DNA of 64,000 bases from Candidatus Iainarchaeum sp. (lineage in GTDB: Archaea > Iainarchaeota > Iainarchaeia > Iainarchaeales > JAZDDZ01): positions 14,434 to 78,433 of the forward strand of contig JAZDDZ010000007.1 in NCBI GenBank assembly GCA_043809245.1. The letters are read 5' to 3'. The notes below the pieces were generated by a model. It was given only the letters and a program-made list of their open reading frames with translations, did not search any database and was not told the origin of the DNA. Shown piece after piece: positions 45,299 to 54,041 of the stretch (position 1 is the first letter of the stretch; the number at the start of each line of letters is the position of its first letter). The position numbers and the translations under genes are program-made.

Positions 45299-46299
45299 AA
45301 AAGCACTCTCCTGAATTTAATGGCAGCCAAAAAAGTGAAAAAAAGCTCTGCAAAGGCGACAAGCCAAACCACGAAAAAAGACGAGGCAAGTGAAAAGGGA
45401 TGGAAAAAAACTCTTTTCATAGAAGCGCCCTGCTTGAGCCTAGTGTTAAGAAAAACCGAGAGAGAGTAGAATGCAAGCAAAACCAATGCCCTTAAAAAAA
45501 ACGGGTAAGGGAAAAAAAGAAAAAATGCAAGGGAAAAATAAAAGGGGTAATTCGGCACTAGAACAGGGTTGAATAAGCCAAGGAAAGCGCGCTCCTTTGC
45601 ATAAACTAAAGGGTGTTTTGCCGCGAGCAAAACATTCCAGTAAGAGGTTTTCAGGTTAAGGCGCTTTGAAAGGAATGAGAATGCATTGGAGGGAATAACG
45701 GAATGGAAAACAAGCGAGCCGGGGGAAAATTTTATGATGAATTTTTTTTCTTTTGCACGCCAGGCAAGGTCAGTGTCCTCGCACATCGGAGAGGAAAAAA
45801 CAGGGTCAAAGCCCCCAAGCGAATCAAAGCAGGGCTTTGAATAAAAAATATTGCAGGTAAGAAAGTTTCCGCCTGAAAGGTTCTCGCACTGGAAGGAAAT
45901 TGCGCAGACTTTTTCGGGAGAAGCAATTTTTGTAGCGCCCTCAACGATGTCAACTTTTTCTTTCAAAAAGATTTTTTTTGCGGAGGAAAGCCATTCAGAA
46001 TCCGCAGTGCAGTCGTCATCAATGAACGCGAGAATTTTCCCTTTTGCGGCTGCAGCGCCCGCGTTGCGCGCTGCCGCGGGCCCCTTGTTTTCCTGCCTGA
46101 GAAAAGCCAGGGAAAAGCGCGGTGAAAAAGAGGCAAGGGATTCATGCAATGGTTTTCTTGAGCCGTCATCAACAACAATCACTTCAAATTCATTTGGAGG
46201 AATGCTTTGCCTTTCAAGCGATGAAAGGCAGTTGAAGAGAAGCTCGGCGCGGTCCTTTGAGGGAATCACCACGCTGAAAAAAGGCGCTTTTTCAGGCAT
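45295..46299 (-). CDS. Family 2 glycosyltransferase with C-terminal membrane helices
   Basis: FFSVVIPSKDRAELLFNCLSSLERQS, FEVIVVDDGS and FIDDDC motifs. Hydrophobic C-terminal ~110 aa. Confidence 0.85.
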   Translation of the reverse strand: MPEKAPFFSVVIPSKDRAELLFNCLSSLERQSIPPNEFEVIVVDDGSRKPLHESLASFSPRFSLAFLRQENKGPAAARNAGAAAAKGKILAFIDDDCTADSEWLSSAKKIFLKEKVDIVEGATKIASPEKVCAISFQCENLSGGNFLTCNIFYSKPCFDSLGGFDPVFSSPMCEDTDLAWRAKEKKFIIKFSPGSLVFHSVIPSNAFSFLSKRLNLKTSYWNVLLAAKHPLVYAKERAFLGLFNPVLVPNYPFYFSLAFFLFFPYPFFLRALVLLAFYSLSVFLNTRLKQGASMKRVFFHPFSLASSFFVVWLVAFAELFFTFLAAIKFRRVLF

Positions 46300-47451
46300 T
46301 CAGTTTTCACCCAAAATTTTTTCGTAAAAGGAAAGTGTTTTCTGGGAAATTTTGCCCCAATCAAATTCTTCCAGGCCAGAGGAAGCGCTTATTGAAAGCC
46401 TTTTCCTCAAGGCGCTGTCTTCCGCGAGCAGGGAAATTTTTTCCGCAATCGCTTCAGCGGTTAAAGGGACAACAAAGCCGTTTTCGCCTTCGCGCACCAA
46501 ATCAGAGGCAGCATTGCCAGCGTGAGCAACAGTTATCAGCGGCAGCCCACAGGCAAGGGATTCAAGCGAGGAAATGCTGAAGCCCTCGCGAGTTGAAGGA
46601 AGAACTGAAACACCGCAGGATTTAAGGAAAGAGAACAACTGCAGCTTTTCTGGAAAAAAATCAAGAAAGGAAACACTGTTGGAAATGTTTAGGGAAGATG
46701 CGAGTTTCACCAGTTTTTCCTTTTCAGGGCCATTGCCTATTATCGCCGCGGTCTGCGTTATCCCTTTTTCTTTCAGTATGGCTACTGCTTTCAAAAGCAA
46801 ATCAAGGTTTTTGTGCTTCGCAAGGCGGCCGAAAAAAACCAGGTCAGCGCCTTTGCCGGAAGGCAATGCCTCTTTTACCGCCGTGAAGTCAAATCCGTTC
46901 TCCATAAGCTCGATTTTTTCAGGGGGAATTCCGAGAGTGGAAAGATTCGATGCAACGCGTTTTGAGCCGGCCATGTTGTGTTCCGAGAAAGCCGCTGCAA
47001 GCCTTTCCGTTGCGGATCCGGCAAAGCCAGCCGGGCCGAGATAGCTGAGCCAGTATCGCAGGCCCCAGACCTCCTGCCACATCACGGCAAGAGGAACTGA
47101 ATTCTTATCCGCAAAGCGTTTCGCGGGAAAAAAGGGAAGGAATGGAAAGGCATTGCAGTCAATCACGTCAAACTTTTTTCCATTAAGTGCGCTGCGGAGT
47201 GCGAGGGAAAATTTTAACGGCTCCACAATTGTCCTTTTCCCGGAAAAATTGTAAATTCCGCGGTAAGAGCAGATGCCATGATAATTGATGCCGTCAAGAA
47301 AAAGGTCTTTTTCGCCTTGCCAGCACTTGGATGAAAAAAAATGAATCTCGTGCCCTTGTGCTGCAAGGCGTTTTCCGATTTCATAGTTGCGCAATTCCCC
47401 GCCCCCCACAACAAAGGGATATGCGAGGTCGTAAATGAATGCGATTTTCAT
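46300..47451 (-). CDS. GT-B glycosyltransferase (GT4/Glycos_transf_1 family)
   Basis: MKIAFIYDLAYPFVVGGGE N-terminus and the EGFSISSLESLACGLPLI (EX7E region) motif. Confidence 0.88.
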   Translation of the reverse strand: MKIAFIYDLAYPFVVGGGELRNYEIGKRLAAQGHEIHFFSSKCWQGEKDLFLDGINYHGICSYRGIYNFSGKRTIVEPLKFSLALRSALNGKKFDVIDCNAFPFLPFFPAKRFADKNSVPLAVMWQEVWGLRYWLSYLGPAGFAGSATERLAAAFSEHNMAGSKRVASNLSTLGIPPEKIELMENGFDFTAVKEALPSGKGADLVFFGRLAKHKNLDLLLKAVAILKEKGITQTAAIIGNGPEKEKLVKLASSLNISNSVSFLDFFPEKLQLFSFLKSCGVSVLPSTREGFSISSLESLACGLPLITVAHAGNAASDLVREGENGFVVPLTAEAIAEKISLLAEDSALRKRLSISASSGLEEFDWGKISQKTLSFYEKILGEN

Positions 47452-48137
47452 GAAAAGCGCGCCCCCAAAATAAAGAAAAAATGCTTTAAGCCGTCCCGCA
47501 AGGAATTCATTTTTGAAACCCCTGAACGCGCGGAATAAGTGATTGGAACCTCTGAGATTTCAAGTTTTTGCTTTTTAGCATTCACAAGCATTTCCAATGC
47601 GAACTGCATTCCCAACTGCCTGAACTCGGCTTTCTCCAGAAAAGACTTTTTGAACGCGCGGAAGCCGGAGTGGGTGTCGGAAAGTGAAGAGGAAAAAAAA
47701 AGATTGAAAACAAATGTGAGCAAAGGGTTGCCAATGAATTGGTGCAGGGGCTTCATTGCGCCTGGCGCAATTTTTCCCTTGAAGCGCGAGCCGATTACAA
47801 AATCAGCAGAGCCGGAGTCAATTGGCGAGAGAAGCGATGGAATTTCGGAAAAATCGTAAGTGCCGTCTGAGTCGGCCATCACAATTGTTTCACCTTTCGC
47901 TTCATTGAAGCCAAGGAGATATGCCGCGCCGTAGCCGCGCACGTTCTGGTGCAAAACCTTGACGCCCAAAGCGCGCGCTATTTCAGCCGAGCCATCATTT
48001 GAGCCGTTGTCCACGACAATGATTTCGCCGTTGATTGCATTGGCCCGTAAAACGGATTTTATTTTCTCAATGCAGCGGGAAATGGTTGGCTGTTCGTTAA
48101 GGCAGGGAAGAACGACTGAGACAAATTTTTGGTTCAT
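47448..48137 (-). CDS. Family 2 glycosyltransferase (polyprenyl-phosphate sugar synthase-like)
   Basis: VSVVLPCLNEQPTI, IVVDNGSNDGS and MADSDGTYD (DXD) motifs. Confidence 0.85.
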   Translation of the reverse strand: MNQKFVSVVLPCLNEQPTISRCIEKIKSVLRANAINGEIIVVDNGSNDGSAEIARALGVKVLHQNVRGYGAAYLLGFNEAKGETIVMADSDGTYDFSEIPSLLSPIDSGSADFVIGSRFKGKIAPGAMKPLHQFIGNPLLTFVFNLFFSSSLSDTHSGFRAFKKSFLEKAEFRQLGMQFALEMLVNAKKQKLEISEVPITYSARSGVSKMNSLRDGLKHFFFILGARFS

Positions 48138-48139
48138 GC

Positions 48140-49240
48140 TTAATGGAATTTTTTCCCGAAAAGCTTAACTGCATTAATAACGCGTGAAACCTCGGCAGCG
48201 GAAAGGGCGGGGTGCAGGGGAAGCGAGAGAATGCGCTTCCATTCGCGCATTGCCACAGGAAGGTTTGCGTGCGGAAATTTTTTGTAAAAAGAGAAAAGCG
48301 GCAGGGGCTTGTAGTAAACAGTGGATTCTATTTCCTTGGAGCGCAGGAATTCGGATAATGCATCGCGCTTTCCGTTCAAAACCTTTAAAGTGTAACAGTA
48401 ATTTGAACTTTTAACGTGTTTTCTCTGCTCCAATGGTTCAAGCCAGCCAAGCGAAGAAAAAGCCTCATCGTATTGGCGCGCTATTTCCGCGCGCCTTTTG
48501 TTCATGAATTTGAGCTTTTTCAGCTGCTCTAAGCAGATTGAGGCGTCAATGTCGTTCATCTGAGCCTTGAAGCCTAACTGCTTCACATTGTAAGATAAAA
48601 AATCCTTTTCGCGCTCAACGCCCAGAAAGCGAAGCCGTTCAAGCGCAGGCTTTAGCGAAGCGCGGCTGAAGCATATTGCCCCTGCATCGCCGGCTGAAAT
48701 GTTTTTTCCGCCGCGAAAAGAAAAACAGGAAGCCGCGCCAAAAGAACCTGCTTTTTTTCCACGGAACTCTGCGCCGGTGGCGTGCGCGCAGTCCTCAACC
48801 AATGGAATTCCATTGCGCTTTGCGATTTTTTTGAATTCATTCATCTCGCAGCAGTGGCCGCGGTAATGCACCAAAAGAATCGCCTTTGTGCGGGGGGAAA
48901 TTTTTTCCTCAACCGCGGAAGGGGAAAGGTTTAATGTGCCGGGCTCAACGTCAGCGAAAACAGGCTTTGCACCCGCAAAAATAATCGCGTGCGCAGTTGA
49001 AACAAAAGTCATTGGAGTGGTTATCACCTCTGAGCCTTTAACGCCCCGGGCTTCAAGCGATAAATGCAGCGCGGAAGTGCATGAATCGGTTCCCAAGGCA
49101 AAGCGCGTGCCGATAAAGCTTGAGAATTTTTTTTCGAATTCCCTTGTTTTAGGGCCGGAGATGATGTAACGGCTTTTCAGCACGCGTGCGACTGCCTTTG
49201 CTTCCCTTGAATCGAAAAACGGCTCTGAAAGGCGGATCAT
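48140..49240 (-). CDS. DegT/DnrJ/EryC1-family sugar aminotransferase (second copy)
   Basis: ISGPKTREFEKKFSSFIG, GTDSCTSALHL, FSFRGGKNISAGDAG and LSLPLHPAL motifs. Confidence 0.9.
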   Translation of the reverse strand: MIRLSEPFFDSREAKAVARVLKSRYIISGPKTREFEKKFSSFIGTRFALGTDSCTSALHLSLEARGVKGSEVITTPMTFVSTAHAIIFAGAKPVFADVEPGTLNLSPSAVEEKISPRTKAILLVHYRGHCCEMNEFKKIAKRNGIPLVEDCAHATGAEFRGKKAGSFGAASCFSFRGGKNISAGDAGAICFSRASLKPALERLRFLGVEREKDFLSYNVKQLGFKAQMNDIDASICLEQLKKLKFMNKRRAEIARQYDEAFSSLGWLEPLEQRKHVKSSNYCYTLKVLNGKRDALSEFLRSKEIESTVYYKPLPLFSFYKKFPHANLPVAMREWKRILSLPLHPALSAAEVSRVINAVKLFGKKFH

Positions 49241-49300
49241 GAAATGAATGGGAAGCGATAATTATAAGTGGGTTTCCGTGAAAAAAATTGTTGTGGAAAA

Positions 49301-50239
49301 ATGTTTTCGGAAATAAAAGGCATCGGGGCGCATTTGCCCGGGAAGGAATTGGACAACGAGGAAGTAATTGCAATAAAGGGCATTGACACCTCTGACAAAT
49401 TCATCAGGGAAAGGTTCGGCGTGCAAAAGAGAAGGGTTATTGAAGGCGGTGAAAAGAATTCTGATTTGGGCGCGGAAGCGCTGAAAAAAGCAGCAGAGAA
49501 AGCGGGAATCACGCTGAAAGAAATTGACGCGATTGTCTGCGCGACAATGACTCCTGAAAAGCCCTCGCCGAGCACTGCGTGCATAATCCAGGGAAAACTT
49601 GGATTAAAGGGAGTGCCTGCATTTGATGTGAGCGCTGCGTGCTCAGGCTTTGTTTATGGATTGGATTCCGCTGCAAGAATGGTTTCGGGAGGGGAATACA
49701 AAAACATTGCGCTGGTTGCAACGGAAACAATGAGCAAAATAGTTGACTGGAGTGACAGGGTTGTATGCCCGGTTTTCGGGGACGCAGGAACCGCAACGAT
49801 TGTAAGCCATTCGAAAAAAGAAAAAGTGCTTGCAACACACTTAACTGCTGACGGCGGGGGAAGCGGCGTGCTGCACGTTCCCGAGAATGAAAAATTTTTG
49901 CGGATGAACGGAAAGGACGTGTATGAATTCGCGGTAAAGCTTTTCCCTGAAACAGCGAGAAAAACCGTGAAAAAAGCAGGAATCGGATTAAAGGACATTG
50001 ACTGGGTTTTCCCGCACCAGGCAAACATCAACATCATAAGGGATGGAATGAAAGAGCTTGGCTTGGGAATGGAGAAAACGCATTTGAACATGCAAAAATA
50101 CGGCAACACCGCCGCTGCGTCAATTCCGCTTGCAATAGAGGAAGCGGAAAGAATCGGAAAGGTTAAGAAAGGCGATTTGCTTTTGTGCGTTGGATTCGGC
50201 GCGGGATGGAGTGCAGGGGGCGCGGTGGTTGAGTGGTGA
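49301..50239 (+). CDS. fabH: Beta-ketoacyl synthase III (FabH/KAS III family), copy 2
   Basis: DVSAACSGFVYGL, FPHQANINIIR and QKYGNTAAASIPLAI (Cys-His-Asn triad). Roughly 40% identical by eye to copy 1. I prefer the ATG at 49301. Confidence 0.88.
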   Translation: MFSEIKGIGAHLPGKELDNEEVIAIKGIDTSDKFIRERFGVQKRRVIEGGEKNSDLGAEALKKAAEKAGITLKEIDAIVCATMTPEKPSPSTACIIQGKLGLKGVPAFDVSAACSGFVYGLDSAARMVSGGEYKNIALVATETMSKIVDWSDRVVCPVFGDAGTATIVSHSKKEKVLATHLTADGGGSGVLHVPENEKFLRMNGKDVYEFAVKLFPETARKTVKKAGIGLKDIDWVFPHQANINIIRDGMKELGLGMEKTHLNMQKYGNTAAASIPLAIEEAERIGKVKKGDLLLCVGFGAGWSAGGAVVEW

Positions 50240-50242
50240 GCG

Positions 50243-50590
50243 TTAACGCCTATTTTTCTTCTGCTTTTTTGCTGCCGCAATTGCAACAACTTTCTGTTTC
50301 GGCGAAGTCGCCTCAATTAACCCGATTTCCAGGTTGATGATGTTTTTTACAACAGGGCTTTCAAGGTTGACTGTGTAAAGGCGCGTGTTGCCGAAAGCGC
50401 GCGTCTGCTTTACAATGCCGCTTTCCTCCAATTTGCCCCAGTGCGCGAAAAGCGCGCCCTTGCTTATGCAGGAAAGCTCTTGAATCTCTTTTTTGGAAAA
50501 ATCCGAGCCAACATTGTCAATGAACGCATCCACTATTTTAATGAAAGGCGAAGCGCCAAAAAATTTCACGAGGTTTGATTCGTCAGGCAT
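50243..50590 (-). CDS. Winged-helix transcriptional regulator
   Basis: 115 aa. FSKKEIQELSCISKGALFAHWGKLEESGIVKQTRAFGNTRLYTVN is an HTH plus wing; basic tail. Confidence 0.6.
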   Translation of the reverse strand: MPDESNLVKFFGASPFIKIVDAFIDNVGSDFSKKEIQELSCISKGALFAHWGKLEESGIVKQTRAFGNTRLYTVNLESPVVKNIINLEIGLIEATSPKQKVVAIAAAKKQKKNRR

Positions 50591-50612
50591 AAAAAGAATG
50601 AAATTAGAACAG

Positions 50613-50620
50613 TTTATAAA
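50613..50620. promoter_or_regulatory. Palindromic TATA-like element TTTATAAA, shared by two divergent genes
   Basis: Centred 26-29 nt from both divergent start codons (50590 on the minus strand, 50645 on the plus strand). This spacing fits leaderless archaeal transcripts. Confidence 0.4.
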
Positions 50621-50644
50621 TTAATACTTTGAAAGTCCATTATT

Positions 50645-50923
50645 ATGGACCTCTCTTCCGATGCCTTTTTGCGCGCAAAAATCCTTTTCAGGCTTGCGAG
50701 GAAAAGGAAATGGGGGCACTCGCACACGGCATTTGACAACCTGAAAATGGGATTCAAACCGCGCGAGCATGGAAAGGTGAAAGAATTGGCGGAAACGCTG
50801 ATTAAGGAAGGGCTGATTTTAAGGAAGCCGACAGGTTATGGCCTTCATGTATCGCTGAACCATGAAAGGGCACAGGAAATAAAGCAGATAATTAAAAATA
50901 TGCTGGGTCGGCTTATTGAATGA
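50645..50923 (+). CDS. Small basic protein, possible winged-helix DNA-binding protein
   Basis: 92 aa. GKVKELAETLIKEGLILRKPTGYGLHVSLN resembles a recognition helix plus wing. Weak call. Confidence 0.4.
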   Translation: MDLSSDAFLRAKILFRLARKRKWGHSHTAFDNLKMGFKPREHGKVKELAETLIKEGLILRKPTGYGLHVSLNHERAQEIKQIIKNMLGRLIE

Positions 50924-50929
50924 ATCATT

Positions 50930-51832
50930 TCACTCAATGAACTGCTCATAGCTGTCGCGGTTGAACTTGTAGAGGAAGCGCTTTATTTTCGCGCCCCTGA
51001 AGGAATATTTTTTCAAAACGTCCTTTTTTTCCCCGGAGAATTCATTGAACGGCTTTTTCTGCGAGGGGTCCAATAGGAAAAATTTGCCCCCTAGTTCAGT
51101 TGAAACCACTGCGTGCGTGGAAAGGTTGTCAAGCTCCGCGATAATCACTTCCGCTTTCCTGTCACCCAAAGCCATAAGGCAAGAACACAATAAGACTGAC
51201 AGGTCTTCGTCGTCGCCGAGTTTTTCCGTGAGGATTTCAGAGGGTGAAAGCCAGAAATTTATTTCCAGTTCCGCGTCAACAAATGAAATGTTTGAAACAA
51301 TGAAATCGAATACCTGTTCCGCTGACTGCAGAAAATTTTTTTCAAAGGAATAATTCTCGGGCTTGAAGTCGTTCACAAGTGACTGAACGGAAAGGTCCTG
51401 GCCGTCAACAAGCGCCTTCAGCTCGCCGACTGTTTTTTTTTCGGATTCGTTTATCAGGCCAGTGTATTTTTCAAGAAGGATTCGGTAAAGCCTGAATTTA
51501 ACTGAGTGGTCTTCTTCACTTGGGCCAATTGCTGAAATTGAGCCGTAGCGCTTGCGGAGCTCAGAGTACTTCTGCTTAACATCATCCAATTCCGATTCAA
51601 GCAAAGAGCAGTTGTTTTTCAGCTCCGTGTTGCGCTCCACAAGAAGTTCAATGGAAGGGGAGGAAACATGGGACAACTGCTGCTTGAGCAAAGCGATTTG
51701 TTCCTCCAATTCGATTTTCCTGTCAAAGGAAACGTTTTCGGAAAGTTCAGATTGAAGCGCTTCAAGGGTCCTAAGGAGGGATTGCTCGGCAGAGGTCTTC
51801 CTCAAAGCCTCAAAAGGCAGGGACTTCGCCAT
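50930..51832 (-). CDS. Coiled-coil protein with a C-terminal transglutaminase-like Cys-His-Asp core (tentative)
   Basis: N-terminal heptad-rich ~120 aa. The C-terminal LSVLLCSCLMALGDRKAEVIIAEL..STHAVVSTELGGKFFLLDP fits the C...H...D pattern of transglutaminase-like proteases. No signal peptide. Confidence 0.45.
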   Translation of the reverse strand: MAKSLPFEALRKTSAEQSLLRTLEALQSELSENVSFDRKIELEEQIALLKQQLSHVSSPSIELLVERNTELKNNCSLLESELDDVKQKYSELRKRYGSISAIGPSEEDHSVKFRLYRILLEKYTGLINESEKKTVGELKALVDGQDLSVQSLVNDFKPENYSFEKNFLQSAEQVFDFIVSNISFVDAELEINFWLSPSEILTEKLGDDEDLSVLLCSCLMALGDRKAEVIIAELDNLSTHAVVSTELGGKFFLLDPSQKKPFNEFSGEKKDVLKKYSFRGAKIKRFLYKFNRDSYEQFIE

Positions 51833-51955
51833 AACTAAAATAATCTGCAGGAAAAAGAAGAAAAACCAAACGGATTAAGGCAAAAAACGAAAAAAAGCGG
51901 GAAAAGGGGATTGGTTTAAATTAAGTGCAAGCCTTACATTTAAAGGGAAAAAGTT

Positions 51956-52483
51956 ATGGCAAAAGGAGGGCACGGGCAGCGAGGAAGAACACAGGGTGCG
52001 TTTGGGAAAGGCAGGGGCGGATTCAGAATGCCTGAAAGGAGTAGTGAGGGAGGCTTGATGGACAACCCAATGTATAATAAGGGGGAGTCCAGAACAAGGC
52101 CTACAAGAAAAGGCGATTTACCGGACGTACGACCCAGAGGAGATTATTCGCGGGAAATAAACCATTTACAGGTACTCGAAAGCCGATTGGCGGCATTTGA
52201 AAAACAGTTAAGCCACCCTTACGCCGGACCTGCAATCAGGCAAAAGGCTGACGCGATTATGGCGGAAATACAAAAATTACGCGCAAAAATTCCCGCGGAA
52301 GAACTTGCCGGAAGAAAAGCCGCAGGTCCTAAGAAAGTTAAAATAAGGAAAAGCCGTGAAGAGCTAGATGCACAAATATTTAAAACTACAATAGCAATTA
52401 ACAGCGCATTGGGCAGTAGAAAAAGGCAATTAATTGAACAGCTCGGCAAGCTTAAGAGAGAAAGAGATGGGCTTGAAAAATAA
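51956..52483 (+). CDS. Hypothetical basic protein: RG/RGG-rich N-terminus plus coiled coil
   Basis: ORF only. MAKGGHGQRGRTQGAFGKGRGGFRMPE, then heptad-like segments. No family recognised. Confidence 0.4.
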   Translation: MAKGGHGQRGRTQGAFGKGRGGFRMPERSSEGGLMDNPMYNKGESRTRPTRKGDLPDVRPRGDYSREINHLQVLESRLAAFEKQLSHPYAGPAIRQKADAIMAEIQKLRAKIPAEELAGRKAAGPKKVKIRKSREELDAQIFKTTIAINSALGSRKRQLIEQLGKLKRERDGLEK

Positions 52484-52580
52484 ATTGCATTAATGAAAAA
52501 ATTGAGTTAAAATGCCGCTTTGAAAAACCGCATAGCACTCTTTTTATAGGTTGAAGTCGTTTTATTATAGAGGCTCTCCA

Positions 52581-53243
52581 ATGGATAAAAACGCAAAGTA
52601 CGCGTTAATCATTTGCATTGCAATCATTCTTTTTGCCGCGGCTTATCTGCTGTTGGAGAAGAAACGCCAGGCAATCTGCGGCAACGGAGCCATAGAGCTG
52701 TTAGAGCAATGCGATGGAGTGCTAGGCTGCGCCGAGGGAGAAAAATGCTCGGCTGCGTGCGTTTGCGAAGAAATTGTGAAAGAAAATGCCTGGGAGAGGC
52801 AAACTGATGCAAGCCTTTACGACTGCAATGCATTCAATGGAATAGAGTGCGGCGAGGGAAGCAAATGCATAAGCGGGTTTGAGATTGAGGCAAAGCAGGA
52901 AAACTGCTGTGTTGCGGAAGGCTGCATTGATGTTGGGGGCGAGGAAAACCAGCCTGTTGATGAAAACGCGGGAAAAGTTATTGGGGTTAAGGATGAGAAT
53001 GCTGTAAACAACGGAGGCAGTGGAATCACGCAAACAGAACCGCCTGAAATAACTCCATGCGATTTCAATGCGGAAATAGTTGGAGTGGTTTGCCTGCAGG
53101 ACGACTGTTTGGGGGAATTCAAGGACGGCTGCTGCAACGGCTACTGCTCGAACGAGGAAGCTGAATTCGCTGAATGCGTCAGCAACTGCCTTGCAGCAGG
53201 AACATTTGAGCTTGACGCGTGCAGGGAGATATGCGCTTCATGA
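52581..53243 (+). CDS. Membrane-anchored or secreted Cys-rich acidic protein, first gene of the pilus locus
   Basis: MDKNAKYALIICIAIILFAAAYLL anchor, then ICGNGAIELLEQCDG (CGNG..E..E.CD Cys-repeat style) and many further Cys residues. I prefer the ATG at 52581 over 52551. Confidence 0.55.
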   Translation: MDKNAKYALIICIAIILFAAAYLLLEKKRQAICGNGAIELLEQCDGVLGCAEGEKCSAACVCEEIVKENAWERQTDASLYDCNAFNGIECGEGSKCISGFEIEAKQENCCVAEGCIDVGGEENQPVDENAGKVIGVKDENAVNNGGSGITQTEPPEITPCDFNAEIVGVVCLQDDCLGEFKDGCCNGYCSNEEAEFAECVSNCLAAGTFELDACREICAS

Positions 53244-53271
53244 ATTGGATGAAAAAAAAGAAGGTGAAAAA

Positions 53272-53682
53272 ATGATTGGAAAAAAAGGCCAAGCCGGAGT
53301 GGAATACATGCTGGTGATTGCATTCATTTTGCTTGTGGCAGGAATCCTCTCAGCATATTCTTATACTACACTCGCGGAAAACGTGAAATATGACAAGGTT
53401 TCAAAGGCAGCCAAAAAAATCGGGGACTCAATCGACGGCGTCAACAGTTTCGGGGAAGGGAACACTGTTTTCGCGTCATTCGAGCTTCCGAACGGCGTGA
53501 TATCCGCAAGCGCAATGGGCTCGACAGTCAGCTTTACAGTCAGCACTTCAGCCGGAAACTCGGATTTTGTGGCATATACAAATGCAAGGATAACGCCTGT
53601 CACGCTTCCTTCAGCAGAAGGGCAGCATGAAGTCAAAATTGAAATAATTGACGGGAACGCGCAACTGATCGTGGTTTCATGA
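53272..53682 (+). CDS. Archaeal type IV pilin-like protein (class III signal peptide)
   Basis: MIGKKGQAGVEYMLVIAFILLVAGIL: a basic stretch, KGQ, then a hydrophobic helix. AAGGTGA SD 5 nt upstream. The 53080 ORF extension overlaps the upstream gene. Confidence 0.7.
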   Translation: MIGKKGQAGVEYMLVIAFILLVAGILSAYSYTTLAENVKYDKVSKAAKKIGDSIDGVNSFGEGNTVFASFELPNGVISASAMGSTVSFTVSTSAGNSDFVAYTNARITPVTLPSAEGQHEVKIEIIDGNAQLIVVS

Positions 53683-54041
53683 ATGGAAAGGCGCAGATTT
53701 CAACAGAGGCAATCGGTGCAATTGCCTTCGTGGTGCTGTTGTTGATAGTCATAGGAATCACTGTTTCTGACCTGAACGCACAGAAAGATTACATTGAGCA
53801 GACAACTGAAAACCAGAACGAATGCAAAAAAATTTCGGAAACAATAAGCCTTTTCACACTAGGCGAAGGAAGGGAACAAATGACCATTTGGATGGGAAAC
53901 ACCGCAACAGTTTCAAGCGGTTCGGTAACTGTCGGTGAAAGCTATTGCCATTATTTCGGTGAAGCCTATGACGCAATCCTTTCAGCCGGAAGCGTCAGGG
54001 TATACGATGAAAACGGAGTGGTAAAGCTTGAAAACATTTAA
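53679..54041 (+). CDS. Pilin-like protein (class III signal-peptide-like)
   Basis: MNGKAQISTEAIGAIAFVVLLLIVIGI. The ATG overlaps the upstream TGA (ATGA). Confidence 0.55.
   Translation: MNGKAQISTEAIGAIAFVVLLLIVIGITVSDLNAQKDYIEQTTENQNECKKISETISLFTLGEGREQMTIWMGNTATVSSGSVTVGESYCHYFGEAYDAILSAGSVRVYDENGVVKLENI

Noticed and set aside
34704-49240. Frequent A7-A9 / T7-T9 homopolymer runs inside membrane-protein and glycosyltransferase genes, considered as phase-variation tracts.
   Set aside because: The runs follow from Lys/Phe/Glu-rich coding (AAA/TTT/GAA). All the frames are intact, and I know of no established slipped-strand switching in this kind of archaeon. Population data would be needed.
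49654-50316. 220-aa minus-strand ORF covering most of KAS III copy 2.
   Set aside because: The plus-strand frame carries the complete FabH catalytic motifs. The antisense product is low-complexity.
53080-53271. N-terminal extension of the first pilin ORF (200-aa version starting at 53080).
   Set aside because: The extension overlaps the 3' end of the Cys-rich gene in another frame. An ATG at 53272 with an AAGGTGA SD gives a canonical short class III signal peptide.
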